A stretch of 64,000 nt of DNA from Armatimonadota bacterium (GCA_034722055.1 JAYENL010000314.1:55938-119937), one strand, 5' to 3'; numbered from the stretch's first letter, positions 18,859 to 28,989 are shown. A program made the numbers and translations. Notes: a model not told the origin generated them from the sequence alone.

Positions 18859-19578
18859 TCACTGATCCTTGTCACGCCCGCCCCAGCCCGCCGAGATGCG
18901 CTCGATGCAGCCCTCGGGCCGGTAGTCGGCGGGATCGACGCCCAGCCCCAGCTCATCGCGGATGGCCTGCAGCTCCCGGAGGCGCTCCGCCGAGAGAGCG
19001 TCCGCGCCGCCGAGCTGCTGGATAACCGCGGCCACCTGCGCCCCCTGCTCCACCCACTCCATGCGGTGGTGCGCCTCCCAGATATCCCGGCCCACCGCCA
19101 CGACGCCATGGTTGCGCAGCAGGAAGGCGTCGGCCTGCTGCAGCATCGGCAGGGCGGTCTCAGGCACCTCCGGGCTGCCGGGCGGGGCGAACCGCGCGCA
19201 GGGCACCTCCCAGAGCGTGACCGCGACCTCCGTGATGTAGTGCGTGGGCAGCGGCCGGCCCAGCGCCGCGAAGGCCGTGGCGTAGGGCGGATGAGCGTGC
19301 ACGACCGCCCCTACGTCGCGCCGGGCGCAGTAGCAGACCAGGTGCAGCATGGCCTCCGAGGACGCTTCCCCCGGACCGATCACTCGCCCATCGGGGGTCA
19401 TCATGACGATCTGGTCGGGCGCCATGAAGCCCTTGGAGACGCCGGTGGGGGTGCAGAGGATGTTGCCATCGGCCATCCGGGCGCTGATGTTCCCGTCGGT
19501 GGCCGCCACCTGTGAGCGGGCCCACAGGCGCTGGCCAACCTCGCAGATGGCCTTGCGAAGCTCCTGCTCGCTCGCCAT
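18859..19578 (-). CDS. Class II aldolase/adducin family protein
   Basis: DGNISAR, TPTG, SSEAMLH, VVHAHPPY, LLRNHG. Confidence 0.92.
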   Translation of the reverse strand: MASEQELRKAICEVGQRLWARSQVAATDGNISARMADGNILCTPTGVSKGFMAPDQIVMMTPDGRVIGPGEASSEAMLHLVCYCARRDVGAVVHAHPPYATAFAALGRPLPTHYITEVAVTLWEVPCARFAPPGSPEVPETALPMLQQADAFLLRNHGVVAVGRDIWEAHHRMEWVEQGAQVAAVIQQLGGADALSAERLRELQAIRDELGLGVDPADYRPEGCIERISAGWGGRDKDQ

Positions 19579-19595
19579 CTCGCTCTCCTCGTCCG

Positions 19596-20567
19596 CTACA
19601 GGTCGCTGAGCATCACTGGCTCGCCGGAGTCGGCCGACTGGTTGGCGGCGAGGCTCACGGCCAGGGACTCGATGCCGTCGGAGTAGTCCGACAGGATGAG
19701 CGACTGGTCACCGGTCTCGACGGCCTGCACGAATGCCTCACTCTCCCGGAAGTGTGCGGAGATGGGCTGGAAGGTCTTGGTCTCGCTGCCGGCCCGGGTG
19801 CGCAGCTCGAAGTTGGACTGATCGAAGACCACCGTCTTGCGGTCACCGATGATGCACAGCCCGTTGCGCCATCCCGGCGGCACGCAGGAGTTGGTGATGT
19901 TGCCCACCGCACCGCTCTCGAAGCGGAGGTTGACGGTGCCCACGTCCGGCACCGAGATGTTCTCCACGTCCGTCATCGCCCGCAGGGCCATCTCGGCGTA
20001 CACCCGCTCCACGTCGCCCGCCAGATAGCGGGCCATGTCCACGATGTGCGTGGTCTGCTCCACGATCTGGCCCCCGGACTGCTCCTTCACGCGCCACCAC
20101 GCCACCCCCGGCAGCCCGCCCATCCACCACCCCAGGACCATGGCGATGGTCTCGCCCTCCAGGGCCTCCTGCGCCCACCTGGCTGTGTCGTGATAGCGCC
20201 AGTGGTAGCCGACGCAGTTGATGACGCCGGCGCGCTCGATGGCGGCCTCGATCTCCCGAACCTTCGCCATGCTCAGCCCGATGGGCTTCTCAACGAAGAT
20301 CGCCATGCCCGCCTCCGCGGCCATGATCTCCTGATCCTCGTGCGCGAAGGGCGGCAGGCAGATGTAGACGGCGTCCATCTCCACGCTGTCGTACATCGCC
20401 TCATGGGTAGCGAATGCCCGGCCGCCGTACTCCTCCGCGGCCGCCTCGGCCTTCTCCTCCACGATGTCGCTGAAGGCCACCATCTCCGCGTCCTCGATCT
20501 TGGCGAGGTTGCGCATGTGCGCGTTCGCGATCCCGCCGCATCCGACGAATCCGATCCTCACTGCCAT
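19596..20567 (-). CDS. Gfo/Idh/MocA family oxidoreductase
   Basis: IGFVGCGGIA, FVEKP, VGYHWRY, GGQIVEQTTHIVD; GAGGAG RBS. Confidence 0.92.
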   Translation of the reverse strand: MAVRIGFVGCGGIANAHMRNLAKIEDAEMVAFSDIVEEKAEAAAEEYGGRAFATHEAMYDSVEMDAVYICLPPFAHEDQEIMAAEAGMAIFVEKPIGLSMAKVREIEAAIERAGVINCVGYHWRYHDTARWAQEALEGETIAMVLGWWMGGLPGVAWWRVKEQSGGQIVEQTTHIVDMARYLAGDVERVYAEMALRAMTDVENISVPDVGTVNLRFESGAVGNITNSCVPPGWRNGLCIIGDRKTVVFDQSNFELRTRAGSETKTFQPISAHFRESEAFVQAVETGDQSLILSDYSDGIESLAVSLAANQSADSGEPVMLSDL

Positions 20568-20671
20568 GTGGTGCTCCTCCCTCTTCTTCTCGGGCCGTTC
20601 CACGGCCCGATGCGCTGGCTGTTCGCTGCGACAGCAGTACGCTTCTGCAGTAGTTCGCAGCCCCGGCGACG

Positions 20672-21430
20672 TCACCTGCCTGCGGGGCGCAGACGGTCGC
20701 GGCCCGCGGCCAGCGCCGCCTCGAGATCGGCCACCAGCCCTCGGACGGCCTCTGAGGCCTCATCGAAGAGCCGCGCCCGGTGCAGCAGCAGGACCTCCGC
20801 GAGGTGCCGGTCAGCGACCTGGCGCTCCAGCGCCGGACAGGGAGGTACCTGCAGCGAGCGGATCTCGTCGAAGCTGAGGTTCGCCGGCCCCACGCCGTTG
20901 AGCAGCCGGTGGATCTGCGCCCATCCAAAGCGGGTGCGCAGGAATGCGGCCACGTAGTCAGGATCGAGGCCGCCGAGGCGCACCAGGTCCACGAAGCAGT
21001 CCACGACCGCTGGCTCCTCGGCGTGATAGACCGCCAGGCGGTTGCGCTCCAGCGATCCCGCGCCGGAGCGCGCGATCAGGAGGTCACCGCGACGCACCAT
21101 GGCCCTCTCGATGGCCCAGGGGGAGCCCCGGGCCACGTGCACCGCGCCGGCCATGTCAACGCCGCTGGTGCCGAGGGCTCCCTGGCCGATCATGGGGATG
21201 CCGCCGCGCGTCATCTGGGGCCTGCGGCCCGTGACGATGGCCCCGTAGGTGATGTGGTCGATGAACTCTCCCAGCGGCCGCAGAGGGAGCTGGCACCCGG
21301 CCAGCACCTCATCGTAGCCGGTGTGCCAGTATGACGGGTCCAGGCGGCGGATGAGCTTGTCGTCCTGAGCGCGATGGGTCAGAAACACCTGCGGACCTCC
21401 TGCCGGCGGCTGGCAGTCGATGGAGGACAT
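20672..21430 (-). CDS. Restriction-modification specificity (HsdS-like) protein with a single target-recognition domain
   Basis: RLDPSYW, LGEFIDHITYG, VRRGDLLIARSG, DPDYVAAFLRT, GPANLSFDEIRSLQVPP, then a helical spacer. Confidence 0.7.
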   Translation of the reverse strand: MSSIDCQPPAGGPQVFLTHRAQDDKLIRRLDPSYWHTGYDEVLAGCQLPLRPLGEFIDHITYGAIVTGRRPQMTRGGIPMIGQGALGTSGVDMAGAVHVARGSPWAIERAMVRRGDLLIARSGAGSLERNRLAVYHAEEPAVVDCFVDLVRLGGLDPDYVAAFLRTRFGWAQIHRLLNGVGPANLSFDEIRSLQVPPCPALERQVADRHLAEVLLLHRARLFDEASEAVRGLVADLEAALAAGRDRLRPAGR

Positions 21431-21518
21431 TCGCCGGCGGAGCGAGAATCGCCTACGCTGCCAGGCAGATGGATTGCACGGCCGACGCGGCTGAGACCAC
21501 AATCAAGGAGGGACACCA

Positions 21519-22439
21519 ATGGCTTTCATGCCGGAGCAGGCTAGGTTCATCGATTTCAGGGACGCGGCAGAGTGTGCGCGCGTTCGGGCCATCACCAAGG
21601 AGGAGATCACCGACCACCCCAATCCGGACTTCCAGATCAGTGTCGTTGAGGATGCGGCAGAGTTCTACGGCCGGTTCGCAACGGACATCGTGCTGCGTAT
21701 CGTCCAGGCCCGAGACGAGGGCCGGGAGTGTGTGCTGATTCTGCCCGTGGGCCCGGTACCACAGTACGCCATCGCGGCGGAGATGATCAACCGGATGGGC
21801 ATCGACTGCAGCCACCTGGTGACCTTCAACATGGATGAGTACGCCGACGAGGACGGCACCACCGCCCCGGCCGAGTGGGAGGGGTCCTTCGCCACCGCCA
21901 TGTGGGGGAACCTCTTCGGCCGCATCGACGAGAGCCTGCGGCCCCCGGACGAGAACATCCACTTCCCCGACAGCGACAACATCGACGACTACTCGCAGAT
22001 GATCGCCGACTACGGCGGCGCGGACTGCTGCTACGGGGGGATCGGGTGGTGCGGGCATATCGCCTTCTGGGAGTCGCACATGGGGCACCGGTACGACACC
22101 ATGGAGGAGTACAAGGCCGCCCAGGCCCAGATTGTGGAGCTTCACCCCATGACCATCATGCAGAACGCCCTGCACAGCTTCGGCGGCGACTGGTCGTGGG
22201 TGCCGCCCAAGGCCGCGACCATCGCCCCAGCCGACATCATGGGCGCGAAGCACCGCAGCTTCTGGCTGGACGGGATGTGCGGGCCGGCCACGCCCATGAG
22301 CTGGCAGCGCTTCATCGCCCGGCTGGTGGCGCACGGGCCGGTCAGCAAGTTCATCCCCGGCTCCATCCTGCAGGAGGCCCGGACGGACTACACCATCCTC
22401 GGCGGGGTGGCCGACAACGTCGAGATCGAGATGGCGTAG
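21519..22439 (+). CDS. Glucosamine-6-phosphate deaminase/isomerase-like protein (divergent NagB fold)
   Basis: ILPVGPVPQY, TFNMDEY, NIHFPD, GGIGWCGHIAFWE, HGPVS..PGSILQ. Confidence 0.8.
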   Translation: MAFMPEQARFIDFRDAAECARVRAITKEEITDHPNPDFQISVVEDAAEFYGRFATDIVLRIVQARDEGRECVLILPVGPVPQYAIAAEMINRMGIDCSHLVTFNMDEYADEDGTTAPAEWEGSFATAMWGNLFGRIDESLRPPDENIHFPDSDNIDDYSQMIADYGGADCCYGGIGWCGHIAFWESHMGHRYDTMEEYKAAQAQIVELHPMTIMQNALHSFGGDWSWVPPKAATIAPADIMGAKHRSFWLDGMCGPATPMSWQRFIARLVAHGPVSKFIPGSILQEARTDYTILGGVADNVEIEMA

Positions 22440-22552
22440 CGGCCTTGCGATCGGCAGGATGGACGATGCCTGGAAACCGTTGCATGGCTGTGCCTTCCGC
22501 GCATCTTGCGCGCCGCTTCCGAGCGACAACGGTCTCGATTGCTGTCGTTGCG

Positions 22553-22747
22553 TGGAGGGGCCGCCGCGAGCGAAGCGAGCGGTGGGAGGTCGGGAGCGTA
22601 GCGAGTGACCTCACAGGTTCCACCCCGGCCCATTTCGTTTGATTCCGCGAAGCGGCAGACGGCCGGGCCGGGGTGGAACCTTCGGCCCTTGCGGGCCTCA
22701 CTCCTCGCGCCAACGCTTCGCATTGGACGCTCGCAGCGGCCCCTCCA
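22553..22747. repeat. Inverted pair of compound GGAG-type REP-like elements (copies 2 and 3)
   Basis: 22553-22631 (+) and 22665-22747 (-) share TGGAGGGGCCGCYGCGAGCG and AGGTTCCACCCCGGCCC ends; convergent intergenic region. Confidence 0.75.
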
Positions 22748-22851
22748 TGCGCCACAGGCAACGACCGTGCCTCTCGTAGACGCCCCAGCCTGAGGCAGCA
22801 CTGGGGCGTACGTAGCGCAGGAGAGCTGTGGAGTTGTGCGTAGAGGCCAGG

Positions 22852-23985
22852 TCAGATGCGCGTACCGGAATGCTTGATGAGGGTGAACTGCAGCGTGCTC
22901 TCCTCGGCGGCAGGCACCTCCAGGCGCATCACCACACGCCCCGCTTCGGTCACATACAGAGCCTGGGTCTCGAAGTCCCAGGTGTCCAGGACGGTCTCGA
23001 CGACCTCGAGCTGCGCCCTCCGGTCCGTGTGATTGCTCACCCGCAGCTCGTAGCGCTCCACGGTGTCGAAGCCGCAGACGCGGCCGAGGCGGTCGAACTC
23101 CAGGCGCACCTTCGACCGCTCCAGCAGCCTGCGCTCGACCAGGATGTCGCGCTCGGCGCCCAGCGGCACCTCCATGGACTCCCCCGCGGCGTAGCTTAGC
23201 TCCCCCCGAACCAGCTCCCAGGTGGCCTCCTCGTCCTCGATGGCCACGCTCAAAGGCCCCTTGGGCAGCGCCTCGCGCTCGAGGCCCCCCGACTGCGGCG
23301 GCTCCACCACGAGGATGCGCTCGACCCGCTCGGGGGCTTGCTCGGAGTCGATGCGGTGCAGGAGCCGCGCGCGCAGGGACACGGGCGGGAGGAAGCCGGC
23401 GCGCACCGCAGTGCCCTGCGGCAGCGCGTCCACGCCCATGATGGGGAACGTCGGCTGCGCGGGCTCGCCGACGGCCATCCCCGGCCGCCCCAGCACGACC
23501 TCGGCCGTGATGGGGTCGAGCTTGACGCCGCTGCCGTTGGTGACCGTCACATAGCCCCGCAGCAGCGCCTCCTCGGCCCCGGGCGCCCACGTCATCCGGT
23601 AGCTGGGGCTCCAGGAGATGCCCTTGAGCAGGTAGCTCACCGTCACGGGGTACTCCCCGGCGTCGCGGGCCGTGACCGTCCATCGGAGGCTCTTGCCGCC
23701 CCCGGAGGGGCGGACGGTCTCGCCGAGGCTGAGGCCCTCGGCGGCGCGCAGCCTCACCGAGCCGGCGTCCAGGTTGTCGCTGGACCACGAGAAGGTCAGC
23801 ACGCTCTCGCCCTCGCGCATCTGGGCGGTAACGTGCTGGCGGATGAGCGCATCGGAGGTCTCCGTGCAGAGCGCGACCTCCGAGGGCATGGGCGCGGCGA
23901 CCTGATGCACCTCCGGCGCCGCCTCCGCCGTCGCCCACCCGATCACCGCGATCGCGGCCGTCAGTGCGTGCAGCCTTCTGATCAT
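22852..23985 (-). CDS. Secreted DUF4139-domain protein
   Basis: Signal peptide; SYLLKGISWSPSY, VTNGSG, LPKGPL, YELRVSN. Confidence 0.7.
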   Translation of the reverse strand: MIRRLHALTAAIAVIGWATAEAAPEVHQVAAPMPSEVALCTETSDALIRQHVTAQMREGESVLTFSWSSDNLDAGSVRLRAAEGLSLGETVRPSGGGKSLRWTVTARDAGEYPVTVSYLLKGISWSPSYRMTWAPGAEEALLRGYVTVTNGSGVKLDPITAEVVLGRPGMAVGEPAQPTFPIMGVDALPQGTAVRAGFLPPVSLRARLLHRIDSEQAPERVERILVVEPPQSGGLEREALPKGPLSVAIEDEEATWELVRGELSYAAGESMEVPLGAERDILVERRLLERSKVRLEFDRLGRVCGFDTVERYELRVSNHTDRRAQLEVVETVLDTWDFETQALYVTEAGRVVMRLEVPAAEESTLQFTLIKHSGTRI

Positions 23986-23998
23986 GGCCCCGCTCCTG

Positions 23999-26749
23999 TC
24001 ATCGTACTGCGAACGAATCCGTGGCTGTGGCGCCGGCAACGCCCTCGACGCTGACCCGCACGGTGTGCTCTCCCTTGCCGATGGTCTCCTCACCGGCCCA
24101 CTGCACCGTGACGGCCTCCCCGGCCGGCACCTGGACACTCTTCGCCGCCGGGAACCCCCTGGCCTCCAGCAAGGCGCAGTGTACCGTGGCCTCGACCGGC
24201 TCCTCGCAGCCCCAACTGCGGAGCGTGGCGCTGACCTTCCAGGGCTTGCCCCACTCTATGTCCGCTGCCGACACTTCGGTTACGACCACCGGCAGGCGAG
24301 GCCCCGGGAGGACCGCCACCTCAATCGGCAGGGCGGCGTGCGCGGGGACAGTGCCGCGCGCCGTGGCCTCGGCCCGCAGCATGGCGGGCCCCGGCCGCCG
24401 GCCCTCCGGGCGCCAGGTGAACTCGGCGTCCGCGCGCCCATGGGGACCGACGCTCACCCGGCGCCAACGCGGGATGACCGTTCCGGAGGGCGCCGCCACC
24501 GTCACCTCCACCTCGCGGGCCGTCCCCGCGGCGTTGGAGACCGCCAGGCGCAGGTTCAGGGCATCCTCAGGGGCGACCGACGGCTCGTCAGTCACCAGCG
24601 TCAATTCGAGCTGTCGCGGCGAGCCCCAGCCGGCGGCCAGGCAGCGCCCCACGTCCGCGGTCCAGTCGTAGGTGCATCCCGTGGCCATGACATTGACGAC
24701 CTGGAAGCCGGCGACGTCGGGCGCCACGCCCGGCGGACAGGCGAACTGGGCCCGCCCGTCCTCATCCGTGGATGCCGAGGCCACCGCCTCGCCGTCGGCC
24801 CACCATCTGCCCGTCACGCGGGCGGTGTGCACCGGCGCGCCGCCGGCGTCGGTCACCCGCACTCGAGCCGCGGGGCGGCCGCTCGCCTCGCTGAGCGTGA
24901 GCTCAGCCACGTGGATGAGGCGATGGTGCTCGGGCTCCTGGACGAGCACGCGGCGGAGCTGGTGGCCGCGGTCGATGCGCCAAGCGTCGTCGAAGAAGCC
25001 GGCCTCCACGAAGTACGCCGCCTCATAGCAGGTCACCGGTGGCTTGTTGTTCACGTTCAGCACAAACGGCAGCTCCGACTGATCGTTGTTGAACACGAGG
25101 TAGTCCGGATAGGCCCAGGGCAGCTTCTCCAGGTCGTAGCCCAGCAGTTGGGGCGAGCCCCCATCGGGCTTCATGTACATGCGGCGGTTCGCGATCACGA
25201 GGTAGGTCGAGAAGTCGGTGAGGGGGTTCGGGTAGCACATCAGCGCCCCGAACTTCTCGCCGAGGTATCGCCGGTCTCCGTGCTGGGGATCGTGCACGAT
25301 GACGCCGTCATCGCGCACCTCCACCGGGAAGGGATGTGCGGCGTGGGCGCGGCGCAGCAGGCGGCTGCTGTCGATGCTGCCGAAAAGCACGATGGTGTGG
25401 GAGGCCAGGTCGGCGGGGTCGATGCCGTCCTCCGGGACCGCCTCGACCGCCTCCGCGTGGACCATGAAGCCGTTCCAGCTTTCGGCGAACTGCTCCGCCT
25501 CCAGCCGGTGGCGGGCGACCTCGTCGGCTCCTCCCGCGGTTGCCCAGGCCACCACGAAGGGCGACAGGAAGGCGTGCCCCACCGGCCCGCAGAGGTCCGG
25601 ATGCTTGCGCAGCGCGTTCATCCGCGGGCGGCGGTGCCATCCGATGACCATCCCGGCAGCGTCCACGTCGGCCTCCAGGCTGATGGTTCCGGGAAAGCCC
25701 TCGTAGCAGGGGAAGCCGTCGGCGTAGACGCGCACCCACCCCTCGGCGGCTGACGGACTCGCCGCCAGGTGCAGCGTAAAGGCCCTCAGGTTCTCGGTAC
25801 GCACGGCCACGGCGTCGCCCTCGGCGTAGGCCTCGAGCTGGCCGGAGAGGCCGTCGATCAGCAGGTCCTCGATGCGGCCCCAGTAGAGCTGCGCGTGGGG
25901 GAGGACGGTGCTCTGGACGGTGAAGCCTGCCGGCCACCGGATGCGGCGGCGGCCCACGAAGAAGCCGTAGATGGCGCGGTAGTCGGTGCCGCCGCCGTGG
26001 CCGAGGGTCGGGTTGAAGATCAGCCTGTAGTCGTAGGCGCCCGGCTGCTTCGCCGACAGCTCCCAGAGCCGCTGGCGCAGGCGCAGGCCGTTCTCGGGAA
26101 GCACCGTGGTGTCGCTGCCATCGACGATGTGCCCGACCGCGCCCCACCTCCCTCGCTCAGCCCAGTACAGCGGGGAGGCCGCCTCCAGCAGCGGCCTGCG
26201 GAACTCCTCGATGAGGTCGCGATAGTCCGTGCGGGCGTACCAGTGGTGGTGCCAGAGGCGGAAGTCGGTCCAGCCATCCACGCCCATGACGGCCGCGAAG
26301 ACGTCCGGATGCCGGAGCCCGTGCCGCAGGGCGCCGGTGCCGCCCATCGAGCCGCCGGTCATGTAGACGCGGTCGCGGTCGATGCCGAAGCGGGCCGCAG
26401 CGTCGTCCACCACGCGCAGCGTCTCCAGGTCGCCCACGCCCTCGTAGAAGTTCGGCCCGCGGGCGTTGAGATGGATCATCACCCAGCCGTGCTCGTCCGC
26501 CCACTGCCGCTGGAAGCCGGAGAAGCTGGTGCTCACGCGCCACCCGTACCCGTGGCCATGCAGCACCGCGGGGTAGCCCTGCTCCGAGGGCGGAGGCGAG
26601 CCCGGCAGGTAGACGCCGTAGGCCTGGATGGAGTCATCGAGGGGCGACCGGTACTCGACCAGCCGCGAGACGCCCTCGGCCGGGGCGCCGGCACACGCCA
26701 GGCAGCCCAGAAGGGCGGCGAAGCCGGTGGCGCGCAGTGACAGCATCAC
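23999..26749 (-). CDS. Secreted alpha/beta hydrolase (peptidase S9/esterase-like) with C-terminal Ig-like domains
   Basis: YRSPLDDSIQAYGVYLP, LHGHG, DRDRVYMTGGSMGG (GxSxG), DGSDTTV, LGHG. Confidence 0.8.
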   Translation of the reverse strand: MMLSLRATGFAALLGCLACAGAPAEGVSRLVEYRSPLDDSIQAYGVYLPGSPPPSEQGYPAVLHGHGYGWRVSTSFSGFQRQWADEHGWVMIHLNARGPNFYEGVGDLETLRVVDDAAARFGIDRDRVYMTGGSMGGTGALRHGLRHPDVFAAVMGVDGWTDFRLWHHHWYARTDYRDLIEEFRRPLLEAASPLYWAERGRWGAVGHIVDGSDTTVLPENGLRLRQRLWELSAKQPGAYDYRLIFNPTLGHGGGTDYRAIYGFFVGRRRIRWPAGFTVQSTVLPHAQLYWGRIEDLLIDGLSGQLEAYAEGDAVAVRTENLRAFTLHLAASPSAAEGWVRVYADGFPCYEGFPGTISLEADVDAAGMVIGWHRRPRMNALRKHPDLCGPVGHAFLSPFVVAWATAGGADEVARHRLEAEQFAESWNGFMVHAEAVEAVPEDGIDPADLASHTIVLFGSIDSSRLLRRAHAAHPFPVEVRDDGVIVHDPQHGDRRYLGEKFGALMCYPNPLTDFSTYLVIANRRMYMKPDGGSPQLLGYDLEKLPWAYPDYLVFNNDQSELPFVLNVNNKPPVTCYEAAYFVEAGFFDDAWRIDRGHQLRRVLVQEPEHHRLIHVAELTLSEASGRPAARVRVTDAGGAPVHTARVTGRWWADGEAVASASTDEDGRAQFACPPGVAPDVAGFQVVNVMATGCTYDWTADVGRCLAAGWGSPRQLELTLVTDEPSVAPEDALNLRLAVSNAAGTAREVEVTVAAPSGTVIPRWRRVSVGPHGRADAEFTWRPEGRRPGPAMLRAEATARGTVPAHAALPIEVAVLPGPRLPVVVTEVSAADIEWGKPWKVSATLRSWGCEEPVEATVHCALLEARGFPAAKSVQVPAGEAVTVQWAGEETIGKGEHTVRVSVEGVAGATATDSFAVR

Positions 26750-26805
26750 GCCCCGGTGGCTCGCGCCTCGGGTTTCGCCGCGGCCTCTCGCGCTACCGAC
26801 GGGGG

Positions 26806-28989
26806 TCAGTCCGAGGCCTCCTCGGCGTCCGCGAGGCTGAAGAGGATCTCCCGCAGCCTCCGCAGTGCCTGCTCCGCCGCGCCGGCATCAGTGTCCTCCG
26901 GCGCGCGCGCCGCGAATCGAGCGCCCACGTACTTCTCGGTGAGCACCGAGAGGTCCTGCGCCACCGCCGGGCGTGCCGCCGTCACGTCCCGCGCGAACTC
27001 CCAGGGCGCATCCGACGGCTCCCGGGCCAGGCCCTCCCCCTCCAGCCACCGCAATGCCTGGCGGTAGGCGTGGAGGATACGCCCCTCAGCGGAGACCCCC
27101 GGTCGCAACGGCCGGATTCTCCACCGGTACCAGCGTCCCCCGACGCCCAGCGCGATCACGACCACCACCAGGCCGATGCCCAGTGCCAGGAGGATGATCC
27201 TATGGGCGACCGCCCATGCGCCGGCGCTGCCCAGCACCTGGCGAATCTGCCAGGCGGCGCCCCCGGCCTCGCCCTCCTCCTCTTCCGGCTCCTCCGGCTC
27301 CGGCGTGGGGTCGAGGTCGATCCAGCCGGCGCGCGACAGGAAGACCTCCACCCAGGCATGGGCGTCCTGATCGCGGATCTCGTAGACCTGGCGCTGGGGA
27401 CGGAACTCGCCGGACGTGAAGCCGGTTACCAGGCGAGTCGGCACGCTTAGGGTCCGGAGGAGGACCGCGGCTGCGGAGGCGAAGTGATTGCAGTAGCCCG
27501 TCCGGCTCTCGAAGAGGAAGTGGTCCACGTAGTCCCTGCCCTCGGGCAGGGGCGGCGCCTCCAGGTCGTACTCGTACTCGGCCTTCACGTAGTTGGTGAT
27601 GGCGAGTGCTATGCCGGTCGGGTCCTCCGCCCCGTCCTCCGCCACGATCCGCCGGGCGAGCCGGCGCACACGGTCGGGGAGGCCGTCCGGGAGCTGCAGG
27701 GCGTATTGCATGTCCACGGGTTTCGGAGGCTCGGCGCCGGGAGGCGCCATGACCGCCGCGGGTGAGGCGATAACCCCCCTGTACTTCTCGCCGAGCATGA
27801 AGTGGCCGGTGAACATGACCATGCCGGAGCGGTCGATGCGCATCGAGGGCACGTCTACCTCCAGGTAGCGGGGGCACCACGCCACCGGCAGCGTCCCCAG
27901 GAAGCCGTAGGCGCTGGTGACCTCTACGTCCAGCTCATCGATGACGGCCGGTGACAATCCCATCTCCTCGACGGCCGGGAACTGGTAGCGACCGCCCGCC
28001 TCCGGCCGCAGACGCCGCCACTGGCGCTGGCTCTGCCGCCAGCGGTCGCCCTCGTAGATGTCGTAGGTGCCGGTGCGCATCCTCAGCGGGCCCTCGGCCT
28101 TCACGATCAGCATGAGGCGGTCGCGCGGCTCCGGAGCGGGGCCGCCCAGTTGCAGCGACCGCTCGGTCATGTGCGGCGGCGGCCCCTCGCGGATCATCAG
28201 CCGCGCCAGCCGCCAGGCGAGCTGCCGGCGCAGCCACCGACCAGCCAGGTTGGAGGGCTCCAGCCGGGCCGCGACCGAGGCCATGATGACCGCTGCGACC
28301 GCCGCGGCAAGCATCAGGGCCAGCCAGGAGTTGACCGTCGGCCGCCACCGTCCGCCTCGAATCCGATCCGACGCCACCCGAGCGTCAACCTCTTCGAGGC
28401 GCTCGGCGGCGTGCTCGCCGGCCAGCATCCCCAGGGTTCCGCCTATGACCACAACCGTCCCCGCTATGGCGGTCGTTGTGGGCACCGACAGGAGCACCAG
28501 CAGCAGCCCCGAGCAGGCCGGGAGCGCCGTCTGAGTGAGGTCCCGCGTGGAGCGCATGGCGAAGGCCCGGAAGGCCATCACCCAGTAGAAGGCCACCACC
28601 AGGAAGCGGTAGCTGAGCACCAGCCTGGAGACGCCGGACGCGCCGCTCAGCCAGCCCATCTTCAGGTGCACGATGCCCAGCGCAACCGCGGCGATGAAGG
28701 TAATCCAGTTGGGCCAGAAGCGGGGGAGACTCGAGAAGTGCAATCGCCACACGACCGGGAAGGCGGCCGTGATGATCACCGCCAGCTCCACAATGACGAG
28801 TACGTTGGCGACCAGGGCCGTGGCGGCCAGCAGCGCCCCGTACATGGTCAGCCACCCGGCGAGCATCAGAGCCAGCCAGCGCCGGCGCTCGGCCGGGGTC
28901 TCCGCCGGCGGCCTGTGCGGCACCGGAGTGAAGCGGTGGCGCTCCAGGAAGCCCCAGACGCGGCCCGAGAGGGAGGCGACCGAGGCCAT
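26806..28989 (-). CDS. TgpA-like membrane transglutaminase-domain protein (DUF3488/Transglut/DUF4129)
   Basis: N-terminal TMs; catalytic triad GYCNHFASA / AHAWVEV / LDPTP. Confidence 0.9.
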   Translation of the reverse strand: MASVASLSGRVWGFLERHRFTPVPHRPPAETPAERRRWLALMLAGWLTMYGALLAATALVANVLVIVELAVIITAAFPVVWRLHFSSLPRFWPNWITFIAAVALGIVHLKMGWLSGASGVSRLVLSYRFLVVAFYWVMAFRAFAMRSTRDLTQTALPACSGLLLVLLSVPTTTAIAGTVVVIGGTLGMLAGEHAAERLEEVDARVASDRIRGGRWRPTVNSWLALMLAAAVAAVIMASVAARLEPSNLAGRWLRRQLAWRLARLMIREGPPPHMTERSLQLGGPAPEPRDRLMLIVKAEGPLRMRTGTYDIYEGDRWRQSQRQWRRLRPEAGGRYQFPAVEEMGLSPAVIDELDVEVTSAYGFLGTLPVAWCPRYLEVDVPSMRIDRSGMVMFTGHFMLGEKYRGVIASPAAVMAPPGAEPPKPVDMQYALQLPDGLPDRVRRLARRIVAEDGAEDPTGIALAITNYVKAEYEYDLEAPPLPEGRDYVDHFLFESRTGYCNHFASAAAVLLRTLSVPTRLVTGFTSGEFRPQRQVYEIRDQDAHAWVEVFLSRAGWIDLDPTPEPEEPEEEEGEAGGAAWQIRQVLGSAGAWAVAHRIILLALGIGLVVVVIALGVGGRWYRWRIRPLRPGVSAEGRILHAYRQALRWLEGEGLAREPSDAPWEFARDVTAARPAVAQDLSVLTEKYVGARFAARAPEDTDAGAAEQALRRLREILFSLADAEEASD

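Noticed and set aside
22678..22706. Minus-strand TGAGGCCCGCAAGGGCCGAAG resembling hammerhead stem II
   Set aside because: It lacks the CUGANGA and GAAA catalytic core; treated as part of the REP-like repeat
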